Program-made: the position numbers and the translations under genes
In this document: positions 20,426 to 32,009 of the stretch, piece after piece
How the letters are laid out: each line of letters begins with the position of its first letter
Numbering within the stretch: the stretch's first letter is position 1
Notes under the pieces: model-generated
Databases searched by the model: none
Told to the model about the DNA's origin: nothing
Seen by the model: the letters and a program-made list of their open reading frames with translations, nothing else
Assembly: GCA_000165345.1 (NCBI GenBank)
Contig: CM000432.1
Location: 448,001-512,000, forward strand
DNA length: 64,000 nucleotides
Direction of reading: 5' to 3'

Positions 20426-22966
20426 ATGTCTGAAAATAGCGTTGATATTCGCTCTGTGCAAGCCACGAACTGCACAGAGTCTGACATGGGGCAAACCTTA
20501 ACAGAAAATATACTTAATTCAAAAGAAAATAGAGAGGCTTCACTCTCTTTTGACGACTTTTTTCTCTTTAAATCTTCCTCAGATAGTAAGATTGAGAAGA
20601 TTAATTATTCCGATTTGGTCGAACATGATTCCGCAGATTTGGACGATAATTCAATCGATTATATATCTAATCCAGATAAAACTCAAATGGAAGACTTAAA
20701 CTTTACTGGAAGTACTTCAAGTCGCTACTCTAATACTGAATTCAAATTAAAAAAGAGTGCTTCAAATAGTACTTTAGACGAGTTTAATAGAGGGATACTA
20801 AATGATGAACTCGAAACTGAATATGTCAAGTTGATCCCTAACTCAGAAATTGTTTTTGCTAAGTCATACGATAAGGAAATGAATATTGCAATTGGTTTGA
20901 TTGACGAGGTACTAAAAATGAGAGACGAATGGAATTACGAGCTACCTAAAATAGAACATGATCATTTAATAGCTCACAACTATGGGAATTTACAAGATGG
21001 AAACCCTATATTAGATATTGAATTATTGGTAGATACTTTACCAGAAAAGATAGATGCCAAATATGAAATGATTAATGGTGTTTATAGTATTAAATGGTAT
21101 TCAAATAGAAATTTACTTTATAACCCTATAACATTCAAAGCAATTAAGAAAGCAGGTACAGCTGACATAAACTTGAATTTTGACGTAAAATGTGATTTTA
21201 ATGAACAATCCGGAGAGTCACTATGCATGAAAAAAAGTTTCCCAATATATGAATCTGAAAGTAAGTCTGTGCACGAATTCATAAGATGTTTAAGAAGAAT
21301 AATGAGTCTGGTTCATAGTCCAATAGTAAAGAGTTTTACATATTATAGATTAAAATTCTTACTACAAAGCTATCAATTATATTCACTTTTTAACGGAAAA
21401 TTTGAAAATGAGTTGTCGAAAAAGAATATTAGGACTGGTTTCTATAATGTTTATAAAGTTGATACACATGTTCACCATTCAGCATGCATGAGCCAACAGC
21501 ATCTTCTTAAGTTCATTAGGAAATGCTATAATTCAGACAAGGACCGTGTAGTATTTTACAATCATGATAATGCTCCAAGTACATTAGGGCAGGTATTCAA
21601 TAATGTGTTTGGTTGTGACTATCAAAATAACTCTATAGATCACTTAAATATGGATGCAATTAGGAACTGTTTTCAAAGGTTTGATAGATTTAACGAGAAA
21701 TATAATCCATTCGGTTCCAATCTGATGAGAGATATATTCTTAAAATATAATAATCCAATTAAAGGAAAATATCTTGCTGAAATTACAAAGGAAGTAATTC
21801 AAGATTTGAAAACTACGCATTATCAATTTGTGGAATGGAGAATCAGTGTCTACGGTAAAGACAAGAGCGAATGGAAAACTTTAGCAGAGTGGCTATATAA
21901 TAATGGTTTATATTGTAAACATGTAAGATGGATCATTCAGATTCCAAGACTTTATAATATTTTTCACAAAGATGGGTGCGTTAAAACATTCAGTGAAATG
22001 CTCGAAAACATATTTTCCCCATTAATAGAAGCATTGATCAATCCAAAAGATAATCCCCTGATTTTTATTTTACTTACTAATATTGTTGGTTGGGATACAG
22101 TAGATGATGAAAGCCAAATAAGTAAGTATTCAATGGATAACCCGAACTTTTGTTATCCAGAATATTGGAGATCAGGAGATAACCCACCATACTCTTATTG
22201 GGGCTTCTATCTTTATAGTAATATTCGAGTGCTAAATCAACTTTTATACTCTAGAGGTTTAAATCCATTGATGTTCAGGCCTCATTGTGGAGAAGCTGGA
22301 AAAATCTCACACTTAGCTACAATGTATTTATTAGCTGATTCTATTAACCACGGAATATTACTAAAAAAAACTCCAGTATTGCAATATTTATACTACTTGA
22401 AACAAATTGGCATTGCAGTTTCTCCTGTTTCTAACAATGCGTTGTTTTTGGAGTTAATGAAAAATCCATTCCCAAAGTTTTTTAATGTTGGATTAAATGT
22501 CTCGCTATCAACTGATGATCCCCTTATTTTTCACTTCACAGATGAATCTCTTCTCGAAGAGTATTCTATTGCCTCTCATATTTGGAAATTGAACAATATT
22601 GACCTTTGCGAGATCGCAAGAAATTCGGTTCTTCAGTCTGGATTTTCACCAAAATATAAGGCAAGTTGGTTAGGTGTGAAAAACTACAGTCATTTAAATA
22701 AATCACTATATAATATTTTAAATGATTTGGAACCTTGTGAAATCAACGATATTTCGAGGTCTAATGTCCCAAACATTAGAATCCAGTTTAGAAAAGATAT
22801 GCTTAAAGGTGAAATGGACCTCATAAATAAGTATACAGTTTCAATTGATAGAATCGAAAATGCAATAAATATTGTAAAAAATTTAAGACTGAAAAATGTT
22901 TCTGATAATATAAGCAAAGAAGGAGTTAATCGTAACTCTAATACCTTAATGAATAATTTCCCCTAA
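20426..22966 (+). CDS. AMPD: AMP deaminase
   Basis: The sequence contains YKVDTHVHHSACMSQQHLLKFI, the AMP deaminase zinc/active-site block (VDTHVH.S.CM.QKHLL.FI). Later conserved blocks follow: FRPHCGEAG and the SLSTDDPL motif. An ATG at 20426 starts a single exon. Confidence 0.85.
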   Translation: MSENSVDIRSVQATNCTESDMGQTLTENILNSKENREASLSFDDFFLFKSSSDSKIEKINYSDLVEHDSADLDDNSIDYISNPDKTQMEDLNFTGSTSSRYSNTEFKLKKSASNSTLDEFNRGILNDELETEYVKLIPNSEIVFAKSYDKEMNIAIGLIDEVLKMRDEWNYELPKIEHDHLIAHNYGNLQDGNPILDIELLVDTLPEKIDAKYEMINGVYSIKWYSNRNLLYNPITFKAIKKAGTADINLNFDVKCDFNEQSGESLCMKKSFPIYESESKSVHEFIRCLRRIMSLVHSPIVKSFTYYRLKFLLQSYQLYSLFNGKFENELSKKNIRTGFYNVYKVDTHVHHSACMSQQHLLKFIRKCYNSDKDRVVFYNHDNAPSTLGQVFNNVFGCDYQNNSIDHLNMDAIRNCFQRFDRFNEKYNPFGSNLMRDIFLKYNNPIKGKYLAEITKEVIQDLKTTHYQFVEWRISVYGKDKSEWKTLAEWLYNNGLYCKHVRWIIQIPRLYNIFHKDGCVKTFSEMLENIFSPLIEALINPKDNPLIFILLTNIVGWDTVDDESQISKYSMDNPNFCYPEYWRSGDNPPYSYWGFYLYSNIRVLNQLLYSRGLNPLMFRPHCGEAGKISHLATMYLLADSINHGILLKKTPVLQYLYYLKQIGIAVSPVSNNALFLELMKNPFPKFFNVGLNVSLSTDDPLIFHFTDESLLEEYSIASHIWKLNNIDLCEIARNSVLQSGFSPKYKASWLGVKNYSHLNKSLYNILNDLEPCEINDISRSNVPNIRIQFRKDMLKGEMDLINKYTVSIDRIENAINIVKNLRLKNVSDNISKEGVNRNSNTLMNNFP

Positions 22967-23816
22967 GTAATATTCAATTAATTTAGCGAAAAATTCAATA
23001 TCAACATTGGCTTGATTTCACTTTTATACTTGAATGCATTATTATACAAAGTGAAAATCTTTTTCTGTGTTTTAATCATTGTCAGATAAATTATCTTAAT
23101 GAATACCGTATAAAAGCTAGAGAAGATAAACCGGAATACCAAGTTCATAATTCAGTATGAGATAAACATCCGTCAATTTTTTAAAAATATTGAACCTTAC
23201 TCAAGTAAAATCAATACGCGATCATTTAAATCTTATATTAAAAACAATATATAATTTACATTTTTAAGAATTCAAACGTATTTAAAAACCAAGTAATTTT
23301 AAACTAAATTATTTTTTTATATTCATTTTGAGAAAACTCATGACAGAACCAGCACATTTCGGACATTTGCCTTTTCGTAAAGTAACTGTAAATTGGATAG
23401 ATTGTTTGATTGGGCATTACTATTTTTTTCAGCTTGGTAAAGGTTATAATGTATTTTTTTTTGGTATTCAACAAGACTGAATAAAAGTTTATTTTGTAAT
23501 TTTAATTTTTTTTTTTCCAAGCTGGCGGAAATTGCTATTAATTTTGTGGTTAGTAAAATGTACCAGCCATTTGGGGGTGGTGATTTCTTTAATATTTTTT
23601 TCAATGGTAGTTGGTGCTTGATTAGAATTTTGAATGATTAACTTTTCATCAATTTCCTGTTTTTTTTCTAATTTTTTTATTCATGTTTTTTTTTCTTTTT
23701 TGGAATTATACAGGGCTGGGGGCTGAATCTATTGCGCACAGAGATTTTATGAAATAGTAATTAAAAAAAAAAGACTATCTTCGAATGCGGATTGAATGAT
23801 TAAATTCAGTTGAAAA

Positions 23817-24691
23817 ATGCAGGGAAAAGATCCATACTATAAAGCTTTCAGGTAAGGAAATTGATTAATTTTTTAAAAATATTTTCATTTGCATGTTTTA
23901 TTATTTTTAGTGAGCTTGAAAATATTTCAGAAAATATAATTCAACAATGTAAAGATTTTAAAGAGAAGGCATGCAAAACTTCTAATTACAGTAAACATAA
24001 AGAAGTTGAATCCCTATACGAAAGAATTAATTTGGAAATTGAAAGTTTTGAAGAAATGTATAAATTGCTGGATAATATAATCAATAATGTTAAAAACAAT
24101 CCAGAAAAATTTATCGAAATAAATAGGGATGAAATAAATAGCAGAGAAAAAAAATTGAAAGATAAGTATGAAATTATGATAAATTGCAAGGAAGAAGCAA
24201 GGTTAACATATAGTCATGCAAAAGAAAAAGAAATTCAGAATCAACGAAGAATAAATAGAGACTTTTTATTGAATAGCCATGCAACAATAAATAACTACAA
24301 CTTAGAGCATGAATTTCATAATATTGAAATTTCAAACAAGGATGAGAATTTAGAATATATACATCAAAATACTAAAAAGCTTCATAGTGCAGCATTAATA
24401 ATATCTCAGGAATTGAATGAACAAAATAATTTAATTGAAGGAATGATATATCAGGTAGAAGAGGAAAGTAAGTTATTAATCCAATGATTTCCATGATTCA
24501 CATAAATTTTTCAGATATTAAGTTGAACTTTGTTTTTGATAAGATGATGAAGCAAATAGGAATATCAAGTAAGTTAAAAAATCAAGTATTAAATTATAAT
24601 CATTCCAATTGAAGCATGGAAGGAATTAAAATTGTTTACATATCTTTTATTTATTTCTGTAATTCTATTTTTGATAATTCTTATTATATAA
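23817..24691 (+). CDS. tail-anchored Q-SNARE (syntaxin-6/8 or Bet1-like), 4 exons
   Basis: The exons are 23817..23851, 23911..24467, 24515..24568 and 24615..24691. Donors are GTAAGG, GTAAGT and GTAAGT, and acceptors are TTTTAG, TTTCAG and TTGAAG. The spliced product ends ...LHSAALIISQELNEQNNLIEGMIYQVEEENIKLNFVFDKMMKQIGISTWKELKLFTYLLFISVILFLIILII*. That is a SNARE heptad motif with a central Q, followed by a C-terminal TM anchor. The track shows only the middle exon, with a TTG start. Confidence 0.6.
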
Positions 24692-24743
24692 TTAATGTAA
24701 TTAGAAATATAAAAAGATAAAATTTACGTGATTTAATTTAGTT

Positions 24744-26189
24744 TCAGAATTTCATATTTTCTATAATGTGATCTAATAGCTGGAAATTATTTCCTAAAAG
24801 AAAATAACCCCAGTTTTCAAAACAAAACATCATTAACTGATGTGAGAAAAACCGGTGTATTTTGCTTTTGAATAATACAGAGGTCTTCATCCAAACAAGT
24901 TTGTCTAAATTACCATTCGGGCTTTTATCAAATACATCACTCAATGTTTTGTGATTTAGAAAATTGTGATATTTTTCTTTAACTAAATTAATAAGTTTTT
25001 TTCTATTTTTTATGTTCCTATAGTAAATTTCATTTTTATTTTCATAAGATTTCTCGTTTCCAGAATCAATTACTGTTATCCATTCGATTAAATTATCTTT
25101 CTCACCACTTTTTGCCTTAATGATATTTGGAACGAAATTTGAATGATTTTTATTAGTTTTTGAATATAATTGGTAGTTTTGTTTAAAGTTTTTAAGCCTG
25201 TAAATGTTATTTGTTTGATACCTTCTCTCAAATTCATAGATATTGAATGATACCAATGATAAGTTTTCATTATCTATGCAGAAAGGCAGAAGAGATGCTG
25301 AAGTTGGTGGCACTAATAAATCTCCCTTTAATGACCCAATTGTGTGTCTGTGTTTAAACCAAGAGAGAGGATTAATCATATTCATATTATTCATCATATC
25401 TGCTATTAATGGCTTATTTTTATCCATCAATAACAGCTGCGAAATAGTTGGTAGCCACGAAATCCACTTCCATGGAAATAAGACTTTGAGAATTTCGAAT
25501 CCAAAAAAAGTACAATCATCACTTAGTACGCCTTTATGTGGAGTGCCAATTGAAATGAAATTCATTGGCTTGAGACCACCTATTAAACCAGTACTATTTT
25601 TAGATTGAATTTCTTTTTCTAAAGGGTAATTACTCATTAAAGGAAGAACTGCTCTATTATAAAGACCACCAAGACTATGACCAATGAAGGATATTTTTTC
25701 CAAAGAGGGCGTTCTTATGATTACTTGTTGAAGCTCTTTTGACATTCTTAAAGCACCGTTTTCAATACCATCAGATGTTATAAAAATGCTTCTGAAATAT
25801 CCCCAATTTGAGTGAATTTTGTAAATTAAAATGCATTCAGATTTTTGTATTTGATTATTTTCAGTCCATTGACTATTATCCAAAATATTATATTTATTTA
25901 AAATTCTTTCCGCAAGAACGTCCATATTTGCTGGAGTTCCTGCCCACCCGTGAGTCATTACTACAATGTGATTTGGGTCGCTACAATTTACCCTGATCTG
26001 ATTTTTTCCTTGCGTTACAATGCTGATCAAGGAAACCACAATGCAAATTATAATGCTCGATATAAGAAAAGTTATTTCCAAACTCATTCCTTCATTTGGA
26101 CTTTCCAAAAAACTGTCATTACTTCCAAGGCTACTTTTATATTTGTTCTCAGGTAAATTATTTAATTTTTGTTCTTTATATGATATCAT
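24744..26189 (-). CDS. alpha/beta-hydrolase, DUF676-type putative lipase/serine esterase with an N-terminal TM anchor
   Basis: VVMTHGWAGTPANMD and FIGHSLGGLY form a GHSLGG nucleophile elbow, as in the DUF676 putative lipase family. An N-terminal hydrophobic helix is present. The ATG is at 26189. Confidence 0.65.
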   Translation of the reverse strand: MISYKEQKLNNLPENKYKSSLGSNDSFLESPNEGMSLEITFLISSIIICIVVSLISIVTQGKNQIRVNCSDPNHIVVMTHGWAGTPANMDVLAERILNKYNILDNSQWTENNQIQKSECILIYKIHSNWGYFRSIFITSDGIENGALRMSKELQQVIIRTPSLEKISFIGHSLGGLYNRAVLPLMSNYPLEKEIQSKNSTGLIGGLKPMNFISIGTPHKGVLSDDCTFFGFEILKVLFPWKWISWLPTISQLLLMDKNKPLIADMMNNMNMINPLSWFKHRHTIGSLKGDLLVPPTSASLLPFCIDNENLSLVSFNIYEFERRYQTNNIYRLKNFKQNYQLYSKTNKNHSNFVPNIIKAKSGEKDNLIEWITVIDSGNEKSYENKNEIYYRNIKNRKKLINLVKEKYHNFLNHKTLSDVFDKSPNGNLDKLVWMKTSVLFKSKIHRFFSHQLMMFCFENWGYFLLGNNFQLLDHIIENMKF

Positions 26190-26564
26190 TTTTTTTTTCT
26201 GAACAATTGTTAAACTAATTTTTTAAATTAATTTTGGTAATCTTTATAGCTTTATTATTTACTTTAAGTCAAAATAAATAATGAATCCATTAATTTAGGT
26301 TGCCTTTTAATAATATGAAGAATTTACAATGACAAAATCAAACAAACAAAATGAAAAATGGTTGCTTTAAAATTGTTCCTAACCACTCATTGTTTTCTTA
26401 ATTCGGTACAACAATTATAATGAATTTTTAAAGTTTAAGAACAACGAAATTATAGTGCAACTCTTTATATTAGTCATCATTACCTGTTGTCAATTAACAT
26501 GCATTACATTTTTTTAGCATTATTGAATATAGCTCGGTAAAAAATAACCTAAAATTTGCATGAT

Positions 26565-26573
26565 ATTGGCGCC
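26565..26573. promoter_or_regulatory. E2F-like site ATTGGCGCC in the region 5' of the lipase-like gene and 3' of CCR4
   Basis: An exact read. Confidence 0.4.
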
Positions 26574-26706
26574 TGGAAAAAGCAGTCTGGCAAGTCAAAT
26601 AAGTGGGTTAAAATAATGCAGTAAAAAAAAGTAAATCAATAGATTATATTTTCTATTAATATTAAGAACTAAATAAGCAAAATAATAATTAATTAAATTT
26701 AAATTA

Positions 26707-29055
26707 TTAAATATTCCATTCAAATTCTGTTAATAATGGAAGGTGATCAGACGGTCTTTGAGGATTTGGCAGAGACCAGTCAGGAAGTTGCAGAGCAGCA
26801 GCTTCACGAATAAGGGCCTCCTCATCTAAAAGTTCAAGAACTCCTCCAAGTCTTAGTCTTTCATCAGTATAGAATACATAATCTAGACATCCAAGATAGT
26901 TTGGGGTATAATTCGTGAAAACAGGTTCAAGAGATTCAGTAGATGACACGAGCATGTTTGGGTTGTGACCTTCAACCATAGCTTTTGCCATAGAATATGC
27001 ACTGCGTAAACGCATTGAGTGTCCAAGTTGTAGATCAGAAAGTAGTCCATAACGGTCCATGGCAAGGTCTTTGTGTGTTTTTTCACAGGTTCCAGTTGCT
27101 AAAAGACGATATAAGGCACTATCAGGCGTACTGTTGAAATCACCACAAATAATAAGGCCAGGTAATACAGGCTGTCTTCTGTAACAGTCATGCAGATATT
27201 CTTCTAATACTGACACTAGAGTTTGCGCCTGCCAAATTTTTACATCATTTGCTTCTGGATTTGCAACTATGTGTGTATTTGCAATAATAACTTGTAGTGG
27301 AGTAGAAGAATTCATCGATTTCTTAGGATCAGATTGTATTTGGTTATTCGATGATGGAATGAGTACTCCGGCTTGATTCTGAACATTGTTTACCATCAAG
27401 TTAGTACCACTCATTCCAACAATTCCTCTGTTATTTACTCCTGACGAATTTCCTGTTAGCTGATTATGAATGGAATGATTTGAATCTGAGCCAATTAAAT
27501 CATTTTGACGATATTCAAGAAGAATAACAACTGCAACATTATCTTTAAGCAGTCTTTTAATTGCTGCGGGATTATTCTTTACTTCAGCCGGGAGGGTTCT
27601 ATGCGTAGCTTCTTTGATAAGAGCGGAAAACTCCAATGAATAGTTTTCCTTAGCAATAAATTTATTGGTTTTATAGAACGTAGCACATCCATCCATAGTA
27701 TATTTCCCATCTTTCCTTCTTCCACTTCCGGATGTAAAGATCTCTGTAGTTTTTTGTTTATAAACACCTTCATAGCCATATTGTTGCAATACGGGCTTGA
27801 AAAAGTCGTCAAAGTGCTCAGTTTGAACTTCTTGGAGGCAGACAATATCAGGTTGATGACTCAGAATTTCAACAATAATTCTAGTTTTACGATACGACCA
27901 TGAAAGCATGTATGCATCGCAATGAGGAAATGCTTCTTGGCTGGCATAAATTTCTGCAAGAACATTCCAAGAAAAGACTTTAAATCTAGAATGACTTATG
28001 GCCGTTCCTGTGTTGTGATGAATCCCAACTCCATTCATTTGGTTATTAGGCATATTTAAAATACACCTCGGAGGAGCTTGAGGAAGATTAGGAACACAAC
28101 AGGCTGTAGTGATTTGCGAATAAGTTTCTGAAAAACTTCTAGCTTCGGATAGAGATTTTTCAAAAAGTTCTGAATTTGGATCTAATCCTGACTTAAATAC
28201 TAAAAAGACTTCCAATTTCAATTGGTGACCGACATCTTCCGAAACTGGTAAATAATTCCTCTGGTCACCGACCGGAATCCACTCTTCTTGATCTGTTGAT
28301 ATATGAACTAATCCTGTCTTTAAAAGGAGAGAAATATGGGCATCATCTCTGTCTCTCAAGGAGTTGTCTGGGTCATTAAATTGAAACGGCCTACAGGGAA
28401 CACCATAAGTATGGCTATTTGGATGCGGAGATATAGGACTCATCCCCCTAACTTCATAAAAGCGCCTTAACTGAGCAAATCCTTGCTTATAGCAGCCAAC
28501 TCCGCAGAAGCATCTTAATGTTGTGGCACATTGTAATGTTGCAACTTGGCTTGGATGAAATGTACAAACTGCACGAGATGGGCCTCTACTCCAGCGGTAA
28601 TGAATACTAGCCAAGCCACTGATTACAGGATTTTCTGGGTTTTCATCGTCATCATCCCAAAGCTTGCCCATTTTGTCTCTTAAAATCACAATAGGTTGTA
28701 ATTCACAACTTTCTACCGGAGTTATTGGGACTTTTTTTCTAGATGAAACATAAACCAAATCACACCTATAAAGTTCTACCCCATTTTTGTTATTAGAGTA
28801 ATTTTCAGAATTTTTATTTGCAGTGAATTCTTTTTCTAGAATCCTCCCTTCAAGATCCCCATCCCCCTTCATATCAGAAATTGACTCTTTATTTTTTCTG
28901 TGATTTGACCTGGAATTCTTCTCATCTGAAATATTATTAGTTTGCTGGGTTACTGTCCCAATTCGTTCTGAGGTTTCCCTCTCAAATTTAGTTCCATTAG
29001 ATTTTACTTCGAAACCTTTATTATTATCATCAATAATATTTGCTATCTTATTCAT
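26707..29055 (-). CDS. CCR4: CCR4-type deadenylase (CCR4-NOT nuclease subunit homolog)
   Basis: FKVFSWNVLAEIYASQEAFPHCDAYMLSWSYRKTRIIVEILSHQPDIVCLQEVQTEHFDDFF aligns well with the CNOT6/Ccr4 nuclease N-block (FTVMCYNVLCDKYAT...YCPSWALNWDYRK..I..EIL...ADIVSLQEVET). The C-terminus has the EEP motifs IICGDFNS and PSDHLPL. The gene is conspicuously GC-richer (about 40-45%) than its neighbours. Confidence 0.85.
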   Translation of the reverse strand: MNKIANIIDDNNKGFEVKSNGTKFERETSERIGTVTQQTNNISDEKNSRSNHRKNKESISDMKGDGDLEGRILEKEFTANKNSENYSNNKNGVELYRCDLVYVSSRKKVPITPVESCELQPIVILRDKMGKLWDDDDENPENPVISGLASIHYRWSRGPSRAVCTFHPSQVATLQCATTLRCFCGVGCYKQGFAQLRRFYEVRGMSPISPHPNSHTYGVPCRPFQFNDPDNSLRDRDDAHISLLLKTGLVHISTDQEEWIPVGDQRNYLPVSEDVGHQLKLEVFLVFKSGLDPNSELFEKSLSEARSFSETYSQITTACCVPNLPQAPPRCILNMPNNQMNGVGIHHNTGTAISHSRFKVFSWNVLAEIYASQEAFPHCDAYMLSWSYRKTRIIVEILSHQPDIVCLQEVQTEHFDDFFKPVLQQYGYEGVYKQKTTEIFTSGSGRRKDGKYTMDGCATFYKTNKFIAKENYSLEFSALIKEATHRTLPAEVKNNPAAIKRLLKDNVAVVILLEYRQNDLIGSDSNHSIHNQLTGNSSGVNNRGIVGMSGTNLMVNNVQNQAGVLIPSSNNQIQSDPKKSMNSSTPLQVIIANTHIVANPEANDVKIWQAQTLVSVLEEYLHDCYRRQPVLPGLIICGDFNSTPDSALYRLLATGTCEKTHKDLAMDRYGLLSDLQLGHSMRLRSAYSMAKAMVEGHNPNMLVSSTESLEPVFTNYTPNYLGCLDYVFYTDERLRLGGVLELLDEEALIREAAALQLPDWSLPNPQRPSDHLPLLTEFEWNI

Positions 29056-29766
29056 ACTTGTACAAATTCAATATTTTAATAATTTGTGATCACCCGACCT
29101 CTTGAAGTAATATTAAGTATATTCTCGAAGTTCACACCCTTTTTAATATACTTTCTATATTAAAGTCTTAATTAATTTAGTTCCGGGTAGTCACTAGCAT
29201 AATTTATTAATCATTAACCCCTTAATATCATTCGAATATTAAAAATTCGACATCTATCACCTACAGGTAATAAAACCTTGCCTCTATTATCTGTAACTAA
29301 TTGTTATTTTATATCGCAATTCTTGTGTACTTTTTGTTTACTTCAGCATTCCTTTTTCCTTGTATTTTCAAATAATTGTTTTTCATTTGGTCTAGACAAG
29401 ACGCGTACAATTTAAATATTGAAAGTTAAATGAGTACCACCTAGTACAATTAGTTTGAAGGGCTACAACATCAAATAAAGCAAAAAGAAATAATTTAAGA
29501 TGTAACTGCACTACAACATCGGTAAATTAAATTATTGTAAAACTTATACTATACACTGACTAAAAATAATGTTTAATTTTACTAAACTTTATATAATTAG
29601 TGTCAACTTCTACAAAATTGTATATTAGGAAGCAATAGCAAAACGATGTAGATATAATATTGGTATCTGATAATCTAATATGTCACTTATTGAGGTAAAG
29701 TTTAGTAATACTTGGAATCAATACTTGTTAATATTTAGTATAGATCTGAAGCGTATATTTCTACGT

Positions 29767-30834
29767 TTAGACGAGATTATTTAGGTATTCTTTTATAAGC
29801 TCACTGGAAAGTTTCAATTTGTATATAACTTTGCCATTCTTGTTCTCGCTATCATTTAAGAATTGCTTCGACAAGACGTCATGAGTGAACAATTCGATTA
29901 AAAGCTGTGAAAGAGAACTTTTCGTTGTAACAGTCATAGAGGATTTAAGACTTTTTAAAAGCTGGTCTTCAGCAGCATGTCCATATTCGAGTTGCAAGGT
30001 GGCAATAGTGTTTACAACTTGAATATGACTAGGTGTTAGACAATTTAATATCGAGTTCAGCTGCTCTAATTTGCATTGCTCGCGTGAATTATCAGAAAGT
30101 GCTCCCAACCATGGAGGAAGTTGGCTCTCATATAAGTGATCTAACTCTACATCATATTCTTCAAACGTGGATACTTTCAAATATAAAAAATTCATTTTGC
30201 AGCGCATTGAATTATTCCAAAGAAGAGGCCATCTGATATTGTCGACCGAAACAATTACACTCATAAATGGAAGCTGTGATAATTGCGATATTGCAGGCAA
30301 ATATTGTCTAATTGATATACTATCTATACTGTGTATTATTAAGAAAATGTTCTTGAAATATGTACTGGAATTGTTATACAACAATTGAATCTTTGCAATC
30401 ATTGAATCGATACTACAATCATTACTAATGAAATTATTGTAGGATTTAGTGCTATCTTTTAAAAAATCTTCTGTGTGATCCATTGCTTTTAATAGTTCAA
30501 ATAGGCAGGTTTTGAATTTAATATTTTTAAAATAGCCTCTGATAGTTAGAGCAACATAGTTCCCATTTATTTTCTTTTTCACAAATTCATCCAAGAAGTT
30601 TCTTTTCGAGCCGAATCCATATATTAATACACTAAATCCTGACAGAGACCAAGTTAGCAATTTTTCGTGCGCGGAATTCCAGCTCGATCTCTTTTCTCTC
30701 CTAATTTTATCAAGTTTTTTTTCAATCGCCGCATTTCTCTTTTTTAGAAGTTGCAGGTCAACTTCAGGAAGTTCTTCAGCTAGATTGTAGCTTGAGCTAC
30801 TTTGAATCAAATAATCGGAAAATGTTCCTTTCAT
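29767..30834 (-). CDS. ORC2: origin recognition complex subunit 2-like protein (C-terminal ORC2 domain)
   Basis: SGFSVLIYGFGSKRNFLDEF matches the conserved ORC2 box (L..YGfGSKr.ll..F). The 355-aa length corresponds to the ORC2 C-terminal domain only, so an upstream exon cannot be excluded. Confidence 0.5.
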   Translation of the reverse strand: MKGTFSDYLIQSSSSYNLAEELPEVDLQLLKKRNAAIEKKLDKIRREKRSSWNSAHEKLLTWSLSGFSVLIYGFGSKRNFLDEFVKKKINGNYVALTIRGYFKNIKFKTCLFELLKAMDHTEDFLKDSTKSYNNFISNDCSIDSMIAKIQLLYNNSSTYFKNIFLIIHSIDSISIRQYLPAISQLSQLPFMSVIVSVDNIRWPLLWNNSMRCKMNFLYLKVSTFEEYDVELDHLYESQLPPWLGALSDNSREQCKLEQLNSILNCLTPSHIQVVNTIATLQLEYGHAAEDQLLKSLKSSMTVTTKSSLSQLLIELFTHDVLSKQFLNDSENKNGKVIYKLKLSSELIKEYLNNLV

Positions 30835-31152
30835 TACGCATTTCTGAATAAGTCGATTTGCTTAAAAAAACTATTGCTATTAGGCTCTCAATTGAAATCT
30901 TGGTACTTGTTATTAAAGATTGCTTTAAAACTCAAATTTATTGAATTTTCTGATGATTATATGAGGGGAGCTAGGGTATACCTAATGAAAAAAACTTTAT
31001 TAGACCTGAAATTATAACAGATAATTTACTTGAATTTGCAAGTACATTTGTGTGTTATTTAGTAATTGTTTCGTTATTGAATGTGTAATACTTATATGCA
31101 ATTTATTATTAAATAAATTAATCGAACCGCCAAAAAAAAACTTTATTAGCTA

Positions 31153-31161
31153 GCGCCAAAA
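31153..31161. promoter_or_regulatory. E2F-like site GCGCCAAAA (reverse complement TTTTGGCGC) upstream of the NDK gene
   Basis: An exact read, about 310 nt 5' of the ATG at 31468. Confidence 0.4.
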
Positions 31162-31398
31162 TTTTGTCTCATAAGAGGTACGATATTATTATGGCAAGGC
31201 TTATTAAACCATAAATAAATTTATAGTTGGCCTAAGTCTAAATATAGCTGGTAATAAGAAAATTCTATTGCATTAATTAGGCGAGCATATATAATTCACA
31301 TTTTTGTACAAAGTGGGAAAATTACGTATTTTACTTTTCTCTATTTTATTAATTATTTTGTTAAAAAAAAAACAAACCCTAGTGGTTTTCATAAATAA

Positions 31399-31920
<522 letters not shown>

Positions 31921-32009
31921 ATGCTATCGAAAGGAATTTAGAAAATAAATTTAAAACTAGGCTACTAGAATTAACTTTGTTTTCAGACATTCAATTTTCC
32001 GAGGTTCTC

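Noticed and set aside
23338-23604. 88-aa minus-strand ORF and a 49-codon plus-strand ATG ORF in the 850-bp spacer before the SNARE gene
   Set aside because: They have no recognisable motif. They lie in a spacer with T-rich homopolymers and fall within chance expectation for short ORFs, so I treat them as promoter region.
23735-23750. GCACAGAGATTT resembling the U6 snRNA ACAGAGA box
   Set aside because: The surrounding sequence lacks the U6 5' stem-loop, the AGC triad context and the terminal U-tract. The heptamer match is isolated.
552-26202. Numerous short nested or antisense ORFs inside large genes (for example 552..821, 5381..5626, 8323..8526, 17673..17981, 25243..25608, 27579..27845)
   Set aside because: They are embedded in or opposite well-supported conserved CDSs, lack ATG and any motif, and are an artefact of an ORF caller that permits TTG/GTG starts.
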